Origin: Candidatus Baldrarchaeota archaeon
Lineage (GTDB): Archaea; Asgardarchaeota; Baldrarchaeia; Baldrarchaeales; DXJG01
Length of the DNA stretch: 64,000 bases
Assembly: GCA_016840485.1 (NCBI GenBank)
Contig: JAEOSG010000001.1
Span: 11,178-75,177, forward strand
Direction of reading: 5' to 3'
Positions within the stretch are counted from its first letter, which is position 1; each line of letters opens with the position of its first letter. This document shows positions 57,261 through 64,000 of this stretch, piece by piece. The position numbers and the translations under genes were made by a program. Under the pieces are notes generated by a model. The model made no database searches. It was given only the letters and a program-made list of their open reading frames with translations, and was not told the origin of the DNA.

Positions 57261-59099
57261 TTAAACACCTATTTCGTCAGCTGCTTTATCTAAACCTAGC
57301 TCTTTAAGCTTATCTTTGGTTGGAACGCCGTCCTTCCAACCTCTGAGGTTGTAATATTCGTCTAACATTTCATTGAGTTTTACAACATATCCTTTCACTG
57401 GCCCCTCAGGCATAGGCTCCTCTAATAATCTCTTTGGTAACGTATCTTCGTCTCTACCCTTGAAGCCTTCACGAATATTGAAAGCTCTTTCTAGGTTATA
57501 GATTCTCTCGCCAATTTTCATAACGTCGTCAGCAGTTAAATTCCAGCCAGTAGCCGCGGAAAGCATATCAGCAAATTCTTCCGCACCGAATGCAAAGGTC
57601 ACGAATTTGCAGAGAACAAGGCTGTCACATGTTGCAAAGAGGTCTTGGAACGTTATAACCCACTTAGCCTTACCTTCTGTTGTTAATGGATCGAGCTTTT
57701 CAGGTATTCCAAGAATTTCAGCAGCAATCATATATGCCCTTAAATGGCATCCGCCTCTATTTGATGTTGCATATCCTAATCCATGTCCCTGAGCGCCTCT
57801 CGGGTCATAAGCTGGAAGTTCTTGCCCCTTAACATCCATTGACAACTCTGGTGCCCCATATTTTTCTGCAAGACGTCTAGATCCTTCCGCTAAGTCGTTA
57901 CCCAACCCTGATCTATAAGCAGTTCTCCAAGTTAGTTCCACAATCGCTTCAACATTTCCAAACTTCAGATCGACACCTCTTGTTTGCTCAGGTTTTATGT
58001 AACCCTTCTCATAGAGTTCCATAGCAGTTCCAATTACATGGCCCATCGATATTGTGTCAAGTCCAAGTTCGTTGCAAAGATAATTAGCCTTAGCAATAGC
58101 TTCTAAATTATCTACTCCACACTGCGCTCCAAAAGCCCATATTGTCTCATATTCTGGTCCTTCACCTTCTCCACTATATGGGCTCCATGGTGGAACTTTT
58201 GTTACTCTTCCACATGCGATCGGGCAGCCCCAGCAAGGTTTCTTTTTCACAAGTATGGTTTCAGCCATCGTTTCCCCACTAATTCTACTGGCAGTTGGAA
58301 ATACGCCTGTTTGGAAGTTTCTTGTCGGAAATAGTCCCTGCTCATTAATTATATTTACAAGTACAGCGGTACCGTACGCTGGTAGTGACTGACTGGTTAC
58401 GGCGCTTTCCTTTATTTTGTCGAGGGCTCTTCTGACAGCCTCTCTAAAGGCTTCCTCACTAGTTATGGGTACTCTTTGTGTTCCACGTACGGCTATTGCT
58501 TTAAGCTTCTTACTTCCAAGTACCGCGCCATGTCCGCCTCTACCAGCAGCTCTATGCTTATCATTAATAATACATGCTATCTTCACTAAGTTTTCGCCGG
58601 CTGGGCCTATACAGGCCACCTTAATTTTCTCATCTCCGAGTTCCTTGCAAATCATGTCTGTAGTATCATGTGTATCCTTGCCCCAGAGGTGAGAAGCATC
58701 CCTTAACTCGGCTTCACCGTCATGTATCCAGAGATAGACTGGTTTTTCCGATGCTCCTTCAATTATAACCCCGTCAAATCCTGCAAATTTAAGTTCGGGC
58801 CCAAAATAGCCACCGCTATGGCTATCATGTATTGTTCCAGTAAGCGGAGATTTTGTAACGGAACACCATCTCCCACTTGATGGTGCAGCGGTTCCGGTTA
58901 ATGGACCCGTGAGTATCACTATTTTATTTTCGGGGGATAGTGGGTCGACACCGGGTTTTAATTCATCATATAGTATTTTTACACCTAGTCCTCTTCCGCC
59001 TATGAACATTTTAAGAACTTCGTCGCTTATTTTTTCCTCCTTTATTGTTCCGTCTGTCAAATTAACTCTTAAGAACTTGCCCATATATCCACCTGGCAT
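57261..59099 (-). CDS. aor: tungsten-containing aldehyde:ferredoxin oxidoreductase
   Basis: N-terminal [13 protein letters not shown]...GGRGLG. The cluster/pterin region is [10 protein letters not shown]...EYETIWAFG. Also GGCHLRAY. Confidence 0.9.
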   Translation of the reverse strand: MPGGYMGKFLRVNLTDGTIKEEKISDEVLKMFIGGRGLGVKILYDELKPGVDPLSPENKIVILTGPLTGTAAPSSGRWCSVTKSPLTGTIHDSHSGGYFGPELKFAGFDGVIIEGASEKPVYLWIHDGEAELRDASHLWGKDTHDTTDMICKELGDEKIKVACIGPAGENLVKIACIINDKHRAAGRGGHGAVLGSKKLKAIAVRGTQRVPITSEEAFREAVRRALDKIKESAVTSQSLPAYGTAVLVNIINEQGLFPTRNFQTGVFPTASRISGETMAETILVKKKPCWGCPIACGRVTKVPPWSPYSGEGEGPEYETIWAFGAQCGVDNLEAIAKANYLCNELGLDTISMGHVIGTAMELYEKGYIKPEQTRGVDLKFGNVEAIVELTWRTAYRSGLGNDLAEGSRRLAEKYGAPELSMDVKGQELPAYDPRGAQGHGLGYATSNRGGCHLRAYMIAAEILGIPEKLDPLTTEGKAKWVITFQDLFATCDSLVLCKFVTFAFGAEEFADMLSAATGWNLTADDVMKIGERIYNLERAFNIREGFKGRDEDTLPKRLLEEPMPEGPVKGYVVKLNEMLDEYYNLRGWKDGVPTKDKLKELGLDKAADEIGV

Positions 59100-59349
59100 T
59101 TCTCTCCCCTTTCGTCAAGTATTTTATGTTTTTCCAAAATAATCATGGTTAAATTGTTTTATATAGGTTTCTGGGAAAAACGTTATGTTAGATTATTCAT
59201 ATCGTTTGTTTCTCTCAAATTGGGTATTAAATGATCCCATTTTTAATCTAAAATATTTCCTATGGAGCAAAATTCCTTTACATCACAAACAAAACATTCA
59301 AATACCTGTATCCTATCTGAGAATTAACATCGACTTAATGGTGATTTAC

Positions 59350-60570
59350 ATGAGTAACGGTAATAATCATCGCAGCACTGTTTTTAGTAACGGTCACGTC
59401 TCTCGTGTAAGTGGGGATGGAACACTTAAGATACCCCGTGAACTTCTTTCTCAACTAAATGTACCAGAAAGTTCACCGGTTATGGTTGAGGCGTTTAGAG
59501 AATGTCTTTTAGTTTGTCCGATTGAAAAAATGAAACTTAACTCTATATATTTGGAAATAACCAGTAAGTGTAATTTAAACTGTATAATGTGTGTGCGCCG
59601 AGTCTGGAAGGATGAAATTGGCAACATGGATTTCAAACTTTTGAAGAAGATTATACGTGAAGCAAAAGAGCTAGGTGTGGAGTGGGTATGGTTTGCCGGC
59701 TACGGTGAACCCCTAATTTACGACCATTTCGAAGAAGCTGTAGAAGAAGTTAAACAAAATAAAATTAAACTTGGCATTACAACCAATGGTACACTTCTCG
59801 ATGAAGACATGGCAAAAACTCTTATTAAATATGGAATTGACAGAGTCGTCGTTTCCATCGATAGTCCTTTCGAAGAAAAATTCAAAAAAATACGTGGAAC
59901 AGAGATGTCAAAAATTATTGGTAACATAAGACATCTTTATGAGAAATCGCAGAAATCTAAGAAACCAGAAATATGGGTAGAAATTGTTGCTATGAGAGAT
60001 AACATTGAAGATTTGCCAGTTTTAGTAGATTTAGCTGGAAAAAGCGGAGCCACTACGATTCTAGTTTCAAATCTTCTACCATACACTTATGAACTGGCAC
60101 AACAAACTCTATACTTTAATGGACATAATATAGCTTCTGATATTATATTGGAAGCCTCTAAAAGGGCTATTGCATCAAAAGTCAGATTACTTACACCATA
60201 TTTTGAGCTCAAAACACAAAGATCATGTAACTTCATTGAAAAAGGTAGCTGCGTAGTTACATGGAATGGAGATGTTTGCCCATGCTACAATTTCATGCAT
60301 ACATATCCATGTATAATTAATGGCCGCAAGAAAATGATACATAAGGTTTCATTCGGAAATCTCAACGATCAAAGTTTAAAAAATGTGTGGTTTAATCCAA
60401 AATATGTTAGATTTAGATTCACCGTTAAAAACTTTAGTTTTCCCTCCTGTACTGATTGCGAATTCCAAGAATTTTGCTGGTTTGTTGAAGAAAACCTGAT
60501 GGACTGCTGGGGAAACTCCCCCAGCTGTGCAGACTGTTTATGGGCCAGAAAAATCATACAGTGCCCATAA
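59350..60570 (+). CDS. AbrB/SpoVT-domain + radical SAM + SPASM-domain protein (Cmo-like maturase candidate)
   Basis: SpoVT-AbrB pattern is GDGTLKIPRELLSQLNVPESSPVMV. Radical-SAM motif is TSKCNLNCIMC. The Cys-rich C-terminus is CPCYNF...CTDC...CADC. Confidence 0.75.
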   Translation: MSNGNNHRSTVFSNGHVSRVSGDGTLKIPRELLSQLNVPESSPVMVEAFRECLLVCPIEKMKLNSIYLEITSKCNLNCIMCVRRVWKDEIGNMDFKLLKKIIREAKELGVEWVWFAGYGEPLIYDHFEEAVEEVKQNKIKLGITTNGTLLDEDMAKTLIKYGIDRVVVSIDSPFEEKFKKIRGTEMSKIIGNIRHLYEKSQKSKKPEIWVEIVAMRDNIEDLPVLVDLAGKSGATTILVSNLLPYTYELAQQTLYFNGHNIASDIILEASKRAIASKVRLLTPYFELKTQRSCNFIEKGSCVVTWNGDVCPCYNFMHTYPCIINGRKKMIHKVSFGNLNDQSLKNVWFNPKYVRFRFTVKNFSFPSCTDCEFQEFCWFVEENLMDCWGNSPSCADCLWARKIIQCP

Positions 60571-60651
60571 GGATATGTAGTTAAAGCGGTAACTTTTGCC
60601 GAAATCATTAAATTGCTTTATTAATTGAGTGCTTTTGAAAGGTGATCTAGG

Positions 60652-62100
60652 TTGACGCTAAGAATCTACAATACTTTATCGAAAAGTGAGGAAGTGTTTG
60701 AGCCATTGGATCCCCCAATTGTGAAAATGTACGTATGTGGACCCACCGTATATGATTTAAGTCATCTAGGTCATGCCCGCACCTATATCGCTTTTGATGT
60801 TGTTAGAAGGTATTTAGAGTTTCTCGGCTACTCCGTCATATATGTTGTAAATATTACAGACGTCGAGGATAAAATTATTAAAAGAGCTCAAGAAAAAGGT
60901 GTTTCACCTTTTGAGCTAGCTGAAGAATACACAAAAGAATACTTCAAAGACATAGAGGCTTTACAGATTAAGAAAGCCGATATCAACCCCAAAGTCACAG
61001 AACATATTGAAGACATTATCGAAGTTGTTCAAGGATTAATAGACAAAGGTTATGCATACATTGCAGACGGAGACGTCTACTTTGACGTCCTAAAATTTCC
61101 CGACTACGGTAAACTTTCACATCAATCTCTCGAAGATCTGAAAGCTGGGGCTAGAGTTGAAGTTAGCGAAAAAAAGAAACATCCCGCCGATTTTGCTCTG
61201 TGGAAAAAATCGAAGGAAGGAGAACCTTCATGGGACAGCCCTTGGGGTCCCGGGCGCCCAGGGTGGCACATAGAATGCTCTGTAATGTCCATGAAATATC
61301 TAGGAGAGCAATTAGATATACATGGCGGTGGGCAAGACCTCATATTTCCACACCACGAAAATGAAATTGCTCAATCTGAAGCATATACTGGCAAGAAACC
61401 ATTCGCAAAATATTGGATGCATACAGGACTAGTTATGGTTAGAGGAGAACGCATGGGCAAATCCCTCGGAAACTTCGTTACAATTAAAGAACTACTTGAA
61501 AAATTCAACGCAGAAGCTATAAGATTCTTTGTTTTGTCCACTCATTATAGAAGTCCAATCGATTTTACATGGGAAAGAATCAAACAAGCAAATAACAGCT
61601 TAGAAAGACTCTATAACACTATTGAAAATATCGAAGTCGCGCTTAGGGAAAGCGATATAAATTACGTCTATAACTTAGAAGGCTTAGATTTAGATTTCTA
61701 CCGTAACTTGATCAGCGATGAAAGAAAATTCTTCGAAGCTATGAATAACGACTTTAACACCCCTGCTGCTATATCTGCATTATTTGAACTCTCTAGTCAC
61801 GTAAACAACTACCTCAGAAACACGGATAAACCAAATGGAGCACTACTCTCCAGAGCATTCAACTTCTTCATGAATGTAGGTGAAATCTTCGGGCTCTTCA
61901 GCAAATTCAAAACAAAACCGGAGAAGAAAGAAGAATATGATTTAATCGAAAAGCTGATAGCTCTAATTGTAGATATTAGAAGCGAAGCACGTAAAAGAAA
62001 GGATTGGGAAACTGCCGATAAAATCAGAGAAAAACTCAGAGAACTGGGAATATTACTAGAAGATACGAAAGAAAAAACCATTTGGAAGCTAAAGAGATAA
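60652..62100 (+). CDS. cysS: cysteinyl-tRNA synthetase
   Basis: CGPTVYDLSHLGHARTY (HIGH-type), HIECS, GGGQDLIFPHHENE and RMGKSLGN (KMSKS-type). Confidence 0.95.
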   Translation: MTLRIYNTLSKSEEVFEPLDPPIVKMYVCGPTVYDLSHLGHARTYIAFDVVRRYLEFLGYSVIYVVNITDVEDKIIKRAQEKGVSPFELAEEYTKEYFKDIEALQIKKADINPKVTEHIEDIIEVVQGLIDKGYAYIADGDVYFDVLKFPDYGKLSHQSLEDLKAGARVEVSEKKKHPADFALWKKSKEGEPSWDSPWGPGRPGWHIECSVMSMKYLGEQLDIHGGGQDLIFPHHENEIAQSEAYTGKKPFAKYWMHTGLVMVRGERMGKSLGNFVTIKELLEKFNAEAIRFFVLSTHYRSPIDFTWERIKQANNSLERLYNTIENIEVALRESDINYVYNLEGLDLDFYRNLISDERKFFEAMNNDFNTPAAISALFELSSHVNNYLRNTDKPNGALLSRAFNFFMNVGEIFGLFSKFKTKPEKKEEYDLIEKLIALIVDIRSEARKRKDWETADKIREKLRELGILLEDTKEKTIWKLKR

Positions 62101-62135
62101 CTCAGCAGTTTAATAAATTATCTTAAGAGCTACAT

Positions 62136-62606
62136 TTATAATTCTTCTCCAATTTCCCTTACTATAAATCCGATTTTTCTAAAAATCTCAGGTGAAAACT
62201 TAATTCCACAGTACTCCGATCCAGCAGCGCCAATTACATAATCTCTTTCCATAACTTCTTTATCAACAAAAGTGGGGCATAATTTATAGAAAACAAAGGG
62301 GGGCACCCCACCTATTTTGAAACCAGTAAAAGCCTTGATTTCATCTGGAGTAGCTAATCTAAGCTTTTTCAACCCACTAATTTTCTCAAGTCTCCTTACA
62401 TTAACTCGCTTATTCCCGGTAACTATTGCTGCAACATATTTATCTTTCGATTTAAATAAAAGACTCTTCAAAATGTATTTCCTAGGGACTTTAAGGGCTT
62501 TTTCAGCATCTTCAGTTTTTCTACCACTTAATTCGTGGTAAATTATTTCGCCATTTATTCCAATCTCTTTAATAAGATCTTTTACCTTCCTTAACTCTTT
62601 TCTCAA
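62136..62606 (-). CDS. YbaK/ProX-type aminoacyl-tRNA deacylase domain protein
   Basis: LKSLLFKSKDKYVAAIVTGNKRVN...GFKIGGVPPF. Confidence 0.7.
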   Translation of the reverse strand: MRKELRKVKDLIKEIGINGEIIYHELSGRKTEDAEKALKVPRKYILKSLLFKSKDKYVAAIVTGNKRVNVRRLEKISGLKKLRLATPDEIKAFTGFKIGGVPPFVFYKLCPTFVDKEVMERDYVIGAAGSEYCGIKFSPEIFRKIGFIVREIGEEL

Positions 62607-62683
62607 CTCAAAACACCGTAAAATCTTAAAGGGTAAGGTAAAAGCATTCGCAAAGCTGATAGGGAAATCACATAGTTAGTTTC

Positions 62684-63115
62684 TTACTTATTTATCACCC
62701 AGTACGAACCTTTTTCCGTGTGTTCCTTTTTCCATATGGGGGCTTCTCTCTTAAATCTCTCTACGGCTTCTCTTAATGCTTGGAAAGTTTCTTCTCTGTG
62801 TTCTCCGGCAACAACCACATATACGATATCTTCTCCAACATTTAAAGTTCCAACGTTATGATGAATATGAACATCTATCACACCGTTCTTCTCTATGACT
62901 TCTTCGCAAATTTTGCTTAAAACCTTATTAGCTTCCTCTTCATATGCTTCAAACTCCAATTTTTTAACTCTTGAACCGTTTTTCCCTTTTCCGCGAACAA
63001 TACCTATAAAACACGCAATTGCACCAACTTCATTTATTCTTGGATTTTTCTTGATTTCATCAATAATTCTTTGTAGTGAAATTTCGCCTTTGTTATGAAT
63101 TTCTCCTTTTCTCAA
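62684..63115 (-). CDS. moaE: molybdopterin synthase catalytic subunit MoaE
   Basis: GAIACFIGIVRG...HHNVGTLNVGEDIVYVVVAGEHREETFQA...APIWKKE. Confidence 0.8.
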   Translation of the reverse strand: MRKGEIHNKGEISLQRIIDEIKKNPRINEVGAIACFIGIVRGKGKNGSRVKKLEFEAYEEEANKVLSKICEEVIEKNGVIDVHIHHNVGTLNVGEDIVYVVVAGEHREETFQALREAVERFKREAPIWKKEHTEKGSYWVINK

Positions 63116-63298
63116 TCTATATCCTCCTGTGTTAGTAAAGTAGTCATTAACACCAAGAAATACCGCAAGTTAAACTTGAACAAGTGTTTCACCTAACTGT
63201 AATTGTTAACTTTCTAAATATTTCTTTTGACTAGGTTTACTGAAAAATAACTTAAGTAGAAGGACACAATGGCCCACAGTTTTTCTTAAACTTACGTT

Positions 63299-63703
63299 TT
63301 ATTTAGTTATTTCATCACATATGTCGCAAATTTCAGGAAACCCGCCGGTTTGTTTACGTATTTCACAAATAAATTTCTTTGAAGCGCGAAGAGTCTTACA
63401 GAGACGACATATTTCCACTAAGGCACCAAGTTTATCCATAGTATTTTCTGCAATTCCCTTTGCTATTTTATCCACGGCTTCCCTTACTTCTCGGTTTTTT
63501 AATAATTTTTCTCCCTTCAGTCCTCGTTTCTCCGACAAATAGTAACTTACTGCTGGCTGTGTAAGTCCAAGCCTCTTCGCAATTTCCTGCTGTGTTAATC
63601 CATATTTGTTAAACAATTGATTTACTATCATAGATCTGATCCTAGGTAAAATAATACGGACAACAACCTCGCAAGGCGGTTTCATGAACTTCACCATGTT
63701 CAA
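63299..63703 (-). CDS. HTH transcriptional regulator with C-terminal Cys cluster
   Basis: HTH is LTQQEIAKRLGLTQPAVSYYL. The C-terminus is CRLC...C...CDIC. Confidence 0.5.
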   Translation of the reverse strand: MNMVKFMKPPCEVVVRIILPRIRSMIVNQLFNKYGLTQQEIAKRLGLTQPAVSYYLSEKRGLKGEKLLKNREVREAVDKIAKGIAENTMDKLGALVEICRLCKTLRASKKFICEIRKQTGGFPEICDICDEITK

Positions 63704-63762
63704 AACTTTAACATTTTTATAACACCGTTATTCATTTATATTTTTAACTAAATAAAATACTT

Positions 63763-64000
63763 TCATTCTTCGCCGCAAACAGGACAGTTCTCATCGCGTT
63801 CAATCTTAACAACCTCTACTGTAAAATCCTCCCCGTCAAATAAAAGCAACCTACCAACTAGCGGTACTCCAATTCCAGTAATCAATTTTATAGCCTCTAA
63901 AGCTTCCATTGAACCAATTATGCCAGGAGTAACCCCTACAACAGGGAATTTCTCTTTTTCCATTGGAGGTTTAGGAAAAATACATTTAAGACAAGGGCCT
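63763..64000 (-). CDS. MoeB/ThiF/UbaA-family E1-like adenylyltransferase, C-terminal part (gene runs off the window)
   Basis: The frame stays open to the window edge: GPCLKCIFPKPP...GVTPGIIGSMEALEAIKLITG...CPVCG. Confidence 0.8.
   Translation of the reverse strand, partial: GPCLKCIFPKPPMEKEKFPVVGVTPGIIGSMEALEAIKLITGIGVPLVGRLLLFDGEDFTVEVVKIERDENCPVCGEE

Noticed and set aside
1-64000. CRISPR arrays, rRNA genes, prophage or integrase signatures
   Set aside because: Reading the intergenic regions showed no regularly spaced direct repeats and no rRNA-like GC-rich blocks. The only recombinase-related content is the HTH/TnpB remnant. A systematic repeat search was not possible by eye.

Overview
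This is an AT-rich archaeal chromosomal segment. The evidence is an intron-containing tRNA with archaeal architecture, a crenarchaeal-type single-OB SSB, archaemetzincin, a tungsten aldehyde:ferredoxin oxidoreductase and 2-oxoacid:ferredoxin oxidoreductase. No rRNA genes or CRISPR arrays are visible. Coding density is high and the content is mostly anaerobic housekeeping metabolism. It includes an ALDH/GlcD/GlcF-like cluster divergent from korABC, a four-component proline/sarcosine-dehydrogenase-like complex, AOR with a radical-SAM/SPASM partner, and MoaE/MoeB. It also includes a DtxR-FeoB iron unit, HypD, CysRS, an oxidative-stress cluster (flavodiiron protein, rubredoxin-like protein, rubrerythrin) and two ABC-2 exporters. 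Eight things stand out. (1) A TnpB gene with an intact RuvC triad is preceded only by a MerR/excisionase-type HTH ORF, with no recombinase domain. The HTH ORF ends in GGSGG and is one base out of frame with TnpB, and a GC-rich double hairpin lies in the tnpB 3' end. (2) There is a strikingly Rab-like small GTPase. (3) Archaemetzincin sits in a tight three-gene operon with a TPR/beta-sandwich protein and a membrane protein. (4) A ParB/Srx-like protein next to a CysK-family enzyme looks like a SerK/O-phosphoserine route to cysteine. (5) Frame disruptions are concentrated in glyA and in the lplA plus two-radical-SAM lipoylation cluster, which suggests real decay of the glycine/C1-lipoate node. 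(6) A clear DtxR-type operator lies upstream of dtxR-feoB. (7) A 30-bp perfect palindrome lies upstream of rubrerythrin. (8) A structured purine-rich element lies in a 720-bp gap. All functional calls rest on motifs read by eye from the translations, and no database search was run.
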